Source: a virus
Length of the DNA: 64,000 bases
Reading direction: 5' to 3' (one strand)
IMG/VR virus record: IMGVR_UViG_3300048919_000123
Span: 19,665-83,664 of that record
In this document: one piece after another, positions 28,472-38,682 of the stretch
Layout: the number at the start of each line of letters is the position of its first letter
Numbering within the stretch: the first letter of the stretch is position 1
Notes under the pieces: model-generated
Database searches by the model: none
What the model was told of the DNA's origin: nothing
The model's input: the letters and a program-made list of their open reading frames with translations, nothing else
Translations under genes and position numbers: made by a program

Positions 28472-28841
28472 GTACATCGAGGCTCGCCGCCTGGGCGTGC
28501 TGGTGCGCACGCCGATCGAGAACATCGCGTTCTTTCAGGCCGAGCACAAGGCGGTGGTGGCGCACACCAAAACCAACGGCTCGTTCGTCCTCGATGTACC
28601 TCTGTGCGAGATCGCCGAGACCTTGAAGGACAAGGCGACCACGGTGCACCGCGCGTATCTAGTGCCCAACGATGTTTTGCCCGGCCTGAAGAGCTGGCGA
28701 AAAGGCGAGCACTGGGTCTTCGAAATCATCACCAGCGTGCGCCGCGCGGACGGGATGGTCGGCTTGATTGACCACGTCATCCCGGTCGCGCGGCGCAGCA
28801 CCAACAAGGTCAGGAAGTTGCTGACCAAGGAGAAGTCATGA
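28440..28841 (+). CDS. Stand-alone LytTR DNA-binding domain protein
   Basis: IENIAFFQAEHK...L.EI.E.L...VHRAYLV...IPVARR LytTR pattern. Confidence 0.8.
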   Translation: MTRQPDAVTPEYIEARRLGVLVRTPIENIAFFQAEHKAVVAHTKTNGSFVLDVPLCEIAETLKDKATTVHRAYLVPNDVLPGLKSWRKGEHWVFEIITSVRRADGMVGLIDHVIPVARRSTNKVRKLLTKEKS

Positions 28842-29412
28842 TCGAAATGCACCACAAAGACGAGAGCTGGCAGCTCCACTACGGCGCGCCCGGCCGAGGT
28901 CAGCAGTACCGCTGCATCATCTGCGGGATCGGTGGTGCATCGGGCTCTGGCAGCCCGCCACCGCTAACCTACAACTGCCACAACAAGACCTGCAACGGTC
29001 AGAACACCATGTGGCCGACCCCGCAGTACAGCCTGTATCGCCAGCAGGTGCTGGCGCTGGAGCGCTTCCGCGCCGCCCTGCAGGAGATCGCCGACGGCTG
29101 TAATGAGCCGGACACTTACGCAACCTTGATACTGGAAGGCATCCTGTAGGAGAGAAGATGAAGTACATCGTCACCAAAAACGAGGAAGGCACCGAAGAGA
29201 TCTTCATCTTCCCCAAGCGCTACCACCATGACGACATGGCTGACATGGTCAGCAGCCTGAAGTCGTTCAAGAATCACAACCCTCGCGACTGGGAGCGGCA
29301 CTACAAAGAGCCGATCGCCGCCGGCTTCACCGACGGCAAGGCCTGCCACGGTCGCAGTGAAACCCTCAACCTCGAATCACGCGGTCGGCTCGACGAGATG
29401 CTGATCGAATAG
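28838..29412 (+). CDS. Two small hypothetical genes (28838-29149 with CxxC motifs; 29158-29412)
   Basis: RBSs; conserved-looking AAGF...CHGRSETLNL motif in the second. Confidence 0.7.
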
Positions 29413-29421
29413 GAGCCTGAC

Positions 29422-29964
29422 ATGGCCGAATACACCCCCTACTTCCTGAAGTCAGGAATGAAACCCGTACCCCACACCCTGCTCGGCATCGAAGGCGTGC
29501 TGGTACAGGTCGAAGGCGAGAACGGGCTTTGGAAGGATCAGCTCTTTGTCGCCTACCGCGACTTCAAAGGGCAAGGTGGCCGCTTCGAGATTTGCATCTC
29601 GTATGACAAAGGCGCGGCGGCGAACACCTCCAACTATTTCGCGATCACCCGAGACTTTGACGGTGTGACCGGCCCCCTGGGCGAAGAGCAAGCTCGGGAG
29701 TTCTGGCCCGAGATCGCCCACCTGGTGAAGTGGCACCTGTGCGAAGACGGGGTGCCTCTCCACTATATCGCCAACACGCTGTACCACGCAGGTGAGGGTA
29801 ACTTCGCCTTGGCCCGCAGCTCCGCGAATTGGGATGACGCCCCAGAGGAACTCCTGAAGGGCGAGGGCTGCTATCTGGAAGTCGCCCTGCGTGAACGCCT
29901 GCCAGCCCTCCAAACGCAATTTCGTGAAGAGCTGGCCGCGACCGGCCTGAAACTCAAACCGTAA
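29422..29964 (+). CDS. Hypothetical protein, paralog of the next gene
   Basis: PEIAHLVKWHL...PLHYIANTLYHA. Confidence 0.8.
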   Translation: MAEYTPYFLKSGMKPVPHTLLGIEGVLVQVEGENGLWKDQLFVAYRDFKGQGGRFEICISYDKGAAANTSNYFAITRDFDGVTGPLGEEQAREFWPEIAHLVKWHLCEDGVPLHYIANTLYHAGEGNFALARSSANWDDAPEELLKGEGCYLEVALRERLPALQTQFREELAATGLKLKP

Positions 29965-29976
29965 CTCGGAGCAATC

Positions 29977-30783
29977 ATGGAAACCAAAGCCACTCTCTGC
30001 GGCGTGCCTGGCACGCTGACCGTTGTACCGTGGGGCAGCCAAAGTCGTGACGGCAAGCCCGGCCTGTTTATGCACCAGAAGTGGGTGAGCGAACTCCGCA
30101 CCAAGACGGTGAAAGGCCAGAAGATCCTGATGCACGCCGAAGTTCGCTTCGACGACAACTGCAAGAACGGCCACAACAGCTTCGCGGTCACCGGCTACGG
30201 CTGGTATGACAGCTGGAAGTCCCGAGACTCGGACTTCGGCGGGTGCTGCCACGACGAGATCGAGGCGGTGTTCCCGGAGCTGAAGCACCTGATCAAGTGG
30301 CACCTGATGTCCAGCGACAGCCCGATGCACTACGTGGCCAACACGGTGTATCACGCCAGCGACAAAGATTGCTGGGGCTTGGCAAAAGGTGAGAAACGCC
30401 AGCTCGTAAATGGCCGGACGAAGGAACCGGTGTGGAGCCTGCGAGCCGACGCTACCGACTGCAGCCTGAAGACGGCGTTAGGGGACAACGAAGACATCAC
30501 CAATCTCCCCCTCTACCGCCTGGAGGACATGCTGGATTCTGAGCAAGTGCCATCAGCACTGCCACGCCTGTTCTGGGAGCCTTGCTGGAAGGTTGGTGAG
30601 GGCAAAGAGCGCGACTTCGCCGCGGCCCGCTCCACCGGCATCTGGCCGGACGCCACCGACGAGCAGCTGAGTCTGCCGAAGGACGAGCTGACAGCCCTGC
30701 TGCTGGCACGCCTGCCTGGCATGGTGGCGGAGTTCAAGGCCGCCATCGAATCCACCGGATGCTTCGTCTGGGAGGCGCCATGA
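29977..30783 (+). CDS. Hypothetical protein, paralog of the previous gene
   Basis: PELKHLIKWHL...PMHYVANTVYHA. Confidence 0.8.
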   Translation: METKATLCGVPGTLTVVPWGSQSRDGKPGLFMHQKWVSELRTKTVKGQKILMHAEVRFDDNCKNGHNSFAVTGYGWYDSWKSRDSDFGGCCHDEIEAVFPELKHLIKWHLMSSDSPMHYVANTVYHASDKDCWGLAKGEKRQLVNGRTKEPVWSLRADATDCSLKTALGDNEDITNLPLYRLEDMLDSEQVPSALPRLFWEPCWKVGEGKERDFAAARSTGIWPDATDEQLSLPKDELTALLLARLPGMVAEFKAAIESTGCFVWEAP

Positions 30784-32369
30784 ACTACTACCTGAACCCC
30801 AACACCCAACAGGTCGAAGCGACCGCCTACGAGCACAGCGATGTGCTCACCCTGTTCAAGACCCGCGAGGAGGCGGAAGCCTCCGGCATGGCCCCGGCGT
30901 ATCTGGCCGAACTGCTAAAGGCCTGGGTCGTGCCCAACGCGGTGCGCAGCCCGAACCGCAACCAGCTCCTGCGCATCGCCGAGCTGCTCGAGTGTCTGGA
31001 CGGCATCCACGAAACGGTCAACGTCCCGGAGTGGGAGGATCACACTCTCGCAGAAGTAGCCGGGTATCTGGACGACCGAGGATTGACGGTGATGCCCTTC
31101 ATGGTCAAGGAAGGGAACTGCCAAGGTTGCAACGAAACCCTGCCGAACCATGACCCGGTATGCGCTCTACGCCCCGGTCAGGAGGACTGACATGCCAGCA
31201 CCAGAGCAAATCCTGATGCTCGGTCAGCGGTTTGTGGGAAGCCCGCTGATGACCGAGCCAAAGACTGAAGAGGTGCAGCTGACGTTGAAGCAGCGCCTGT
31301 TCAGCTGGCCGTGGCGCCCGCTGCGCAAGACCAAGTACGTCACAACCCAGACCCCTTGCCGGAACATCATCTGTTCCAACGGGATCTACTACGCCCACCC
31401 CGCCATCATCGAAGAGATCAAGGCGCAGATCGCAAAAAGGAACGGGACATGAAGAAATTCACCGTGACCGTGGTCGCCCGGGCCGACATTTTCACCTACG
31501 TGGAGGTCGAGGCCGAGAACAAAGAACAGGCCGAGGTGTTTGCCCTGGCCAAGGCACCGACCGATCCGCAGGACTGGATGATGGAGTCGGATCATGCCAT
31601 TGACATGCGGGTCAGCGCGGCGGATGAGGAGGAAGTCGATGAGCCAGTTTAAGCCCGGCGACATCATCCGCTACAACCACGGCTGCACGGCGCTGGCGCA
31701 GCTGAGCACGCCGCACGCCGGTGGCTGGCATGCCGACCAGTGCATGGGCGGCAAGATCTACATCAGCGACAACGGCCAGCTGCGCCATGCCGATGAAGAA
31801 GACCTGCGGATGTGGAACAAGCAGGCGTGGCACCGCGGCTGCGGTATCCCTCCGATGTGGCGACCGAAGATCCTGAAGCAGGGCGGCTTTTACATCGTTA
31901 CGTTCAGCAACCACGTTCCACAGCGCTGGCGCCCCGACTTCAACGGGTTGCTGGAAAAGGCCCTGAACTACGTCGAGCGGCGTAACGCCGAGGAGGCAGG
32001 ATGAACCCACCAAAACCTCTCCCCTGCACCCTCTACCTGGCCAGCGGCAAAGAGGTGAAGGTGCCGTACACCGCCGACTTGCTGGCTTTCAGGCACCTCG
32101 ACATGCAGATCCGCAACCCGATGCTGTCCGAGTGCGGCCGCTTCAACGTTGAACCAAAGTATTACGGGTTCGACGAGTTCCACACCGGCGGCGGCTGCAT
32201 GGCCCTGCGCAAGATGCTGCCGTGCGGTGAGTATCTGCTGCTCACCGATGCCGACGGCAGCGACATACCGCAGGCCGAAGAGTGGGAGACCGCGCTTTAC
32301 GGCCGATATTACCGAGACGGAACGCCGGCGATTATCATCGAACTGGGTGACGTTCCAATGGCCGAGTAA
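30780..32369 (+). CDS. Run of five small hypothetical genes (30780-31190, 31192-31452, 31449-31652, 31639-32004, 32001-32369)
   Basis: Translational coupling and GGAG(G) RBSs. Confidence 0.7.
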
Positions 32370-32440
32370 GAGGAGTAATCTCGGCAACCAGCGACAAAAG
32401 TACAACTCAAAGCACAAACCCAACCAGAAGGAAATGTCCC

Positions 32441-33352
32441 ATGAAACGAACGTTGCAGCATGCCGTTGTCCAGATGATTCTGTTCAGCACCCTGATCTTT
32501 TCAGCCCTCGCCCAAGCGGCGCCACCTGAAACCCTGAAGTTCTGCTCCGGTGGTGTCGGCGGCTTCTACGAAGGCCTGGCCACCAGCATTGGCGGAAAGA
32601 TCACCAACGAGATCGGCAACACGCTCAAGGTGATGACCACCGGCGGCAGCGTCGACAACGCCAAAAAGCTCAAGGCCGGTGACTGCGACATCGCGATCAT
32701 CCAGGCCGACGCCGTGATCACCCAACCGATGCCGGCTTCCTTCAAGGCGATCAACGCCCACGAAGAAGTCGTGTACTGGCTCTACCCAAAGGGCGGCGAG
32801 GTGAACGACTTTGGCGACATGGAAAACGACAGCGTGGCGAAGAAATACGCTTTCGCCACCGTCAAAGGCAGCGGCGCAGCCGTGACCCTGAACAACTGGA
32901 TCAAAACCGACAAGGACTACGCCGGCGCCGTGCCGGTCGAGTTCAAGGATTGGTACAGCGCGGCCGAAGCCGTGGCACAGGGGTTCACCATGGACAGCGG
33001 CGTTCGTGTCGACATCGCCGGCATGCTGTATATCGGTCGACTCGGCATGCTGCCGGCTGACATCACGTCCGACTTCGGCAACCAGATCATGGTCGGTGGC
33101 GTGGACGACAGCTCGTTCGAGAACGCCAAGGATGCCAACGGCAATCCGCTGTACACCCACTGCGCCATCGCCAAAGGCAAGACTTCCGGTCTGGAAGGCC
33201 CCGGCACGTTCAGCGACGTGAAAACCTACTGCCTCCGCGCTCAGGTGGTCTTCAACAATGCCTACCTGAACGGGCTGGATGAAGCAGAAACCACCGCGGT
33301 TCGCCGCGCCGTGGACAAGGGCATAAACAGCACGGTCAAGGTCGTGCGCTGA
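32441..33352 (+). CDS. TAXI-family (TRAP) periplasmic solute-binding protein homolog
   Basis: Signal peptide (..ALAQA), SGGVGGFY, TTGGSVDN..L..GDCDIAIIQAD and HEE motifs. Confidence 0.8.
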   Translation: MKRTLQHAVVQMILFSTLIFSALAQAAPPETLKFCSGGVGGFYEGLATSIGGKITNEIGNTLKVMTTGGSVDNAKKLKAGDCDIAIIQADAVITQPMPASFKAINAHEEVVYWLYPKGGEVNDFGDMENDSVAKKYAFATVKGSGAAVTLNNWIKTDKDYAGAVPVEFKDWYSAAEAVAQGFTMDSGVRVDIAGMLYIGRLGMLPADITSDFGNQIMVGGVDDSSFENAKDANGNPLYTHCAIAKGKTSGLEGPGTFSDVKTYCLRAQVVFNNAYLNGLDEAETTAVRRAVDKGINSTVKVVR

Positions 33353-33516
33353 TGGACGGCTGGAAGTTTTTCCAGCGTCTGCTGTGCATGCTGGTGGTCT
33401 TCTGGCTGCTCACCAAACTGGTGGGCTTGCTGGTCGGCCTGCTGCTGTTTGTGATCGCGGTGATCCTTGCAGCCGGCGCCACGATCTGGCACTTCCGAAA
33501 GAAAATCCGCAGTTGA
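33352..33516 (+). CDS. Small membrane protein
   Basis: 54 aa MDGWKFFQRLLCMLVV...WHFRKKIRS, coupled (TGATG) to the TAXI gene; not in the ORF track. Confidence 0.65.
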   Translation: MDGWKFFQRLLCMLVVFWLLTKLVGLLVGLLLFVIAVILAAGATIWHFRKKIRS

Positions 33517-33584
33517 TTCAAGGCAGGGCACTCGCAAGAGTGCCTTGTCACTTGAGCCATCTGAAACAGCACAACGGAGTCATC

Positions 33585-34259
33585 ATGGGAACCCCACATC
33601 GCACTATCGAAACACCGGTGTACAAGTTCGACCAGCTCAGCGAGGAGGCCAAGGCCAGCGCTCTGGACAAGAACCGGGATTGGAACGTCCACCACGGCTG
33701 GTGGGAGCACGTCTACGAGGACGCCATCAAGATGGCGGACTGCCTCGGCATCGTGATCGACACCCGAAAGGGTGGCGGCAGGGATCCGTCGATCTACTTC
33801 AGCGGGTTCAGCAGCCAGGGTGACGGCGCATCGTTCGAAGGGTCGTACAGCTACCAAAAAGGCTGCGCGAACCTGCTGAAAATGGAGGCGCCGGAGTATT
33901 ACCGGGACAAGGAACTCGGCGCCTGGGTCAAGGTGGAAAACAACGCCGAGCTGCACCGCATATGCAAGGCGCTGATCGCGGTGCAGAAGAAGCACTTCTA
34001 CCAACTGGAGGCGCAGGTAGCGACCTACGGTCATTACAGCCACAGCGGCTGCACCCGGATCGAGGTGACCCACGCCGAAGACAAGTACCGCGATATCGGT
34101 GATGCCGAGGAAGAAGTGGCGCAGTTGCTGCGGGATTTCATGGACTGGATCTACTCCAGCCTCGAAAAGTCCTACAACTCGCTGACCAGCGACGAGTTGG
34201 TAGGTGAAAGCCTGGAAGCCAACGAGGTCGAGTTCGACGCCGAGGGCAACCGGGTATGA
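33585..34259 (+). CDS. Conserved mobile-element protein (often annotated 'antitoxin of TA stability system'; function unproven)
   Basis: TIET.VYKFDQLSEEAK...IYFSGFSSQGDGASF...ANEVEFD.EG pattern. Confidence 0.65.
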   Translation: MGTPHRTIETPVYKFDQLSEEAKASALDKNRDWNVHHGWWEHVYEDAIKMADCLGIVIDTRKGGGRDPSIYFSGFSSQGDGASFEGSYSYQKGCANLLKMEAPEYYRDKELGAWVKVENNAELHRICKALIAVQKKHFYQLEAQVATYGHYSHSGCTRIEVTHAEDKYRDIGDAEEEVAQLLRDFMDWIYSSLEKSYNSLTSDELVGESLEANEVEFDAEGNRV

Positions 34260-34377
34260 CCCACCCATTCGAAGGCTGGGGCATTGCATCGATCGGCGTG
34301 GAAGCGGCTATGGCCATTCCCCTACCACAATTCTCAGGTGGCCGCGTAAAGCGGCCCTTTACACTGGAGTCACCAGC

Positions 34378-36608
34378 ATGGGCCTTAAAAAATCAGCAGA
34401 ACTGGCAAACGCCGAGCGCGTGGCTGACGAAGCCATCGCGGCGCTCGACGTCCTCGAAGACATGGTGCGCAACGCCTTGCTCGATCAGGGCATAGGCGAA
34501 GACGCCGAGCCCAACCTCTGGCAGCAACTGGAGCGCAGCAAGGCTGACGCAGCCCGCCTGCGCTCCGAGCTGGAGGGAGGCTGATGAAGTACAAGCAGCA
34601 CCGGGTGGTGACCCGGAATCCCGACGGCACATGGGATGAGGCCTACCAAGGCACCAAGGGAGCGTGCCACGTATTCATCGAAGCAATGCGAATGGCCGAC
34701 CGGAAGCGAAAGTCACCGGTGGTCACGCGCCGGAGTCTGCAGGAATGGCGAGAATTGAACACACCCCGTGGGAGCCAGGCTGCATCGTCCTCAGCGACGA
34801 AGACATCCGCGGAAAGAACCCCTATATCGGAAAGTGCCTGAACCCGATAGCGATCCTCAACATGCTCCCCGCGATCGGCAACGTGTGCTGGCAGCTGGAC
34901 TCGAGCATCTCCCAGATACAGCAAGACAGCAAACATTCGGAGTGAGCCATGCCCAAACCAAAACGCATCCTGCCTGACGGCCAAGCCGTTCGGAGCAACC
35001 TGATTGCCCGCGACACCCTCTGCGGCGCTGACCTGACCGCCCAAGAGCGCAAGGAGTACGACTACCTCGGCGAAGAGCTGGACGGGTCGGTGTTCTTCCG
35101 CTTCAAGGGGCAGGTCTACGGGCTGTGCGAGTTTTCCGCCACCGCGCACGGTGACAACCTGAGCAAGGCAGGCTGGAACGGCTACGCCGCCCAGTCGTTC
35201 TTCCATGCCGTGGTGATCAGCGTGAAAAACGTCAACCGCGTCATCGTCGGGGAGCTCTTTTCATGAGCATCATCGACACCATTGAGTACAGCGTTTGCGA
35301 AGATTGCCTGCTGCTGATCGCCAACGGCGAGGGGGGTGAGAACTGTGACGAAGACCACGTCGACAAGGCCATCAAGCGCGAGCTGAACGGTCGCAAGGGT
35401 CACTTCGCCGCCGGCGTCGAGCCGACCGAGGATGATCCTGAGGGCCAAGGCTACGACGAGTTCAGCTCTCACAACTGCGAGCTGTGCAACACCCACCTGG
35501 CCGGCAGCCGGTACGGTGTCACCATGCTCTTGGAGGGCGCCGAGGATGACTGACGATAAAGACTCGTTCCACACCTTCGCCTACAAAGGCGGCTTCGTCC
35601 ACACCTGCTGGAACCGCACCAAACAGTGCGAAGAAGTGACGGTGCAGCGCTACGAAGGTGACAAGGCCCGTCGGGTGCCGAGCGTCAAAGGTGCCAAGAT
35701 GCGCATCAGCAAATATAAACCGAAAGAGGATTAGAAACATGAACTTAGCACCGCACTGCAAGCTTCATAACACGACTCAGCCAGGCATCACTGTGCGGCT
35801 GAAAGTCGATCACTTCGCCGCCATGACCTACTGCAGCAACTTGCGGGTGGGCATCTCGGGCGAAGATCCACACACCGAGATCCGCAATCCGGAAAGCGTG
35901 CTGGTCGAGCCGGAGATGCTGGGTCATAAGCTGTGGCTGAACATGACCCACGGCCGCTCCACGCCGAAGGCAGAGATGGAGGATTTCGGCTACAGCGCCG
36001 ACTCCGTCGAAGGGCATGTCCCGCCGCGCGGTGACGCGCTTTACTTCTGCGAGGAAGGCGTCAAGGTCATCAACTACCACGCCCACGGCGATGGCTGGGA
36101 CGAGTTGCTGGTGCCCTACGTCGAGGACATGCTGTTCTTTGAGGGTCACTACTACGGTGACTGGTCGGCGGATAACGACGGGAAGGTAGCGTGAGCACCC
36201 TTCGCGAAGCCGCCGAAGCTCTGGCCGCGGAGGTGCAGAACCTGCGCCGCCGCAACGAACCCCTTCAACCCGTAGAACTCGACCACGCCAAAGAGTTGGC
36301 AGATGCGGTGGTCGGGGAAATTTACCCGGAGGAACAACCTGATGAGCAAGTTGATGGACAACCTGCGGCTGGGCCGATCGCCGCTCAGTAACCGCGTGAT
36401 GATCTACCGCATGGGCAAGACCTCTGATGAGGTCGCGCTGGAGTCGAAAGACTTCACCGCCGATGCGGTAAAGGCGGTGGTCGAGCGCATCGAATCACTG
36501 CCCGGTAAGAAGGACGAGTTCATCGCCACCTTCAAGGGCGTGCGCACCAAATTCACTTTGACGCTGACCATGGAGCCGGTCGAGGAGCAGCCGTGCGTTA
36601 CTTCGTAA
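34378..36608 (+). CDS. Run of small hypothetical genes (34378-34584, 34584-34841, 34949-35266, 35263-35553, 35546-35734, 35739-36194, 36191-36391, 36342-36608)
   Basis: Coupled ORFs with RBSs; 35263 has CEDC/CELC zinc motif. Confidence 0.65.
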
Positions 36609-37124
36609 ACGATTACAGCCGACTGGTGCGCACTACTGATGACGTGGCCGGCGTGCCGCCCAAACCTTGGCGGGAGGTCACCAGCTCCGGCTATGACCAG
36701 TTCCGCCTCAACACCCGGACATTGTTGACAGCGAAGGAGTTGAGGGTGATCCAGAGCACAGGCGAAGGCAAGGTCACGACCATGAAAGGCCTGAAGCGTG
36801 CCGCGACTAAACGCAAGAAGGCCGCGCAGGCGGCCGGCGAGAAAATGACCCACACCGAGGCGCTGGAAAAAGAGGCTTGGGCAAGGGGTTATCAGGGCTT
36901 TGAACATGCTCAAAAGGAGCTGGAAAGTGACTGAACAAGCGCGCTCCCTCGCCCGGGTCAACAAGATCGCCCAGAACCTGCGCCGCGAGGCGCGGGACAA
37001 GGGCGAGAAGCTGGCCTTCACCGCCTCACTGGAGCAGGCAGCCAAGCGCTGCGGCTTCGCCTCCTACAACCACGCAGTCATCGCGCTGCCCACCAAAGAT
37101 CCATCACCCGTTCCTCGGAGCTGA
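36593..37124 (+). CDS. Two tandem small proteins sharing a helical domain (36593-36934, 36927-37124)
   Basis: K..A.......GEK.....ALE..A...G(Y/F)..(F/Y).HA in both. Confidence 0.7.
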
Positions 37125-37125
37125 C

Positions 37126-38203
37126 ATGAACGCCATCGCTTCCTGCTACACCAAATCCAAGCAGCCTGAGCCGCTGAGCCAGCTGAACTGCAGCCGCGGC
37201 GCCCCAATGGGCCGGCGCAACATCACGGACGCCGACCGTGAGCACTTCCACGGCACCATGCACCTGACGCTGGTGCCGATGATCGACGGTGACTACGACC
37301 GGGGCGGGGCCTACTGGGGCGCGGCCACGCCGAAGACCGGCTGGTTGTACCGAGCTTGGTATTACGGCCAGGACGAAGACGGTGACCTGGTGCACATCGA
37401 GATGTTTGTCCGGGGCGTAACGCGCCGAGCGGCAAAGCTCAAGGTGCTGGAAGAATTCCCGAAAGCGAGGTTCTACAAATGACCAGCACCCAAGAACGCC
37501 TGGAGGAGATCCGCGCCGAAGCGGTAGGTCTGCTCCACGAATCTCACGTCGCCCAGCTCAAGGCGCTGAATGAGCTGCTTGCTGAAAATGCCTGCGCCGT
37601 CCTGCAGGAAGACAGCAAGACCAACGGCCCAATGTCCACCCCGAAGAACCTTGTGACGGCGCTGCACATCCGTCAAGCATGGCAGTGGGGCCCTCCGGGT
37701 GCTCGGATCGAACTGACCCTCTCACGTACAGCCGGAACCCTGTCACAGCGTGCCCGCCGAGCAATCGAGTTTTTCCGCCGGAGGCTGACATGAAGATCGA
37801 AAAGGCACTGACGTTGAAGGTGGGCGACACCGTCTACTGCCCCGCGGATCGCGGCGACCCTCCTTTCAGCGGAAAGGTCACGCACAACTGCAACGGCACC
37901 AAGACCATTTCCAAGAACCTCGACGGCGTCGAATACATCTGGGTCGAAGTGCAGGGGCCTGGCAAGAAATCGATGTGGCCGTCCAACCGACTGGGGTGAA
38001 GCATGACAGTGCATATCGGCATCAACGTCCACACCAACGGCAACGCTGCCTTTGAAGACGCCCCGGCGACGGAGATGGGTCGAATCCTCCGCGAGGTCGC
38101 CAAGCGCCTGGAGGATGGCGACTTCCCGGACGGTGAAGTCCCGCTGCGCGACGTCAACGGCAATAAGTGCGGATCGTTCTACTTCCACGACGACGGCGAA
38201 TAG
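37126..38203 (+). CDS. Four small hypothetical genes (37126-37482, 37479-37793, 37790-37999, 38003-38203)
   Basis: Conserved phage motifs GAPMGR/DYDRGGAYWG and NAAF.D...E..RIL...D.NGN. Confidence 0.7.
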
Positions 38204-38214
38204 CCCAAATCTGA

Positions 38215-38260
38215 TTGACAACCCAACCGCTTAGCGTGGGATACTTCGCCAATTGGCGAG
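38215..38260 (+). promoter_or_regulatory. Putative sigma70 promoter overlapped by palindromic motif
   Basis: TTGACA(38215), TGgGATACT extended -10 (19-bp spacer, atypical), TTCGCC-AATT-GGCGAG at 38245. Confidence 0.5.
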
Positions 38261-38292
38261 GTATCTGCGTGCCTTTAACACAGAGGTGCAGC

Positions 38293-38643
38293 ATGATCAA
38301 CAACCAATTCAAGTCGGACAAGGCGGATCGCGTCGGCCTGATTGCAGCCATGATGATCAGCAACGAACTGGAAGACCGGATGCCGGAAGGCGAGATCAGC
38401 CGGCTCCCTCCGTCCGACCACGGGGAGATCTTCACGGCGGCCTGCAAAGCCCTGAAGTTTGTCGCCAAGATGCACCGCGAACACCCCACTCAGTGGGATG
38501 GTGTGGTCTGGTTCGAGTTGTTCAGCAAACCCGAGAAGGGTTCGCTCGCTGACCGGTTGGTGGAAATGCTGGTTTCAGACATGCCCACCAACGAGAACGT
38601 AAGGCTGGTAGTCATTGATTGGCTCGAGGCTGTTGGACTTTAA
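38293..38643 (+). CDS. Hypothetical protein
   Basis: GAGG RBS, MINNQF... Confidence 0.7.
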   Translation: MINNQFKSDKADRVGLIAAMMISNELEDRMPEGEISRLPPSDHGEIFTAACKALKFVAKMHREHPTQWDGVVWFELFSKPEKGSLADRLVEMLVSDMPTNENVRLVVIDWLEAVGL

Positions 38644-38682
38644 CCACGACAAGGACGCCCAGTGGCGTCTCAAGGATATACG

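Noticed and set aside
33585-34259. Toxin-antitoxin module
   Set aside because: The 'antitoxin' label for this family is unverified and no adjacent toxin is recognisable
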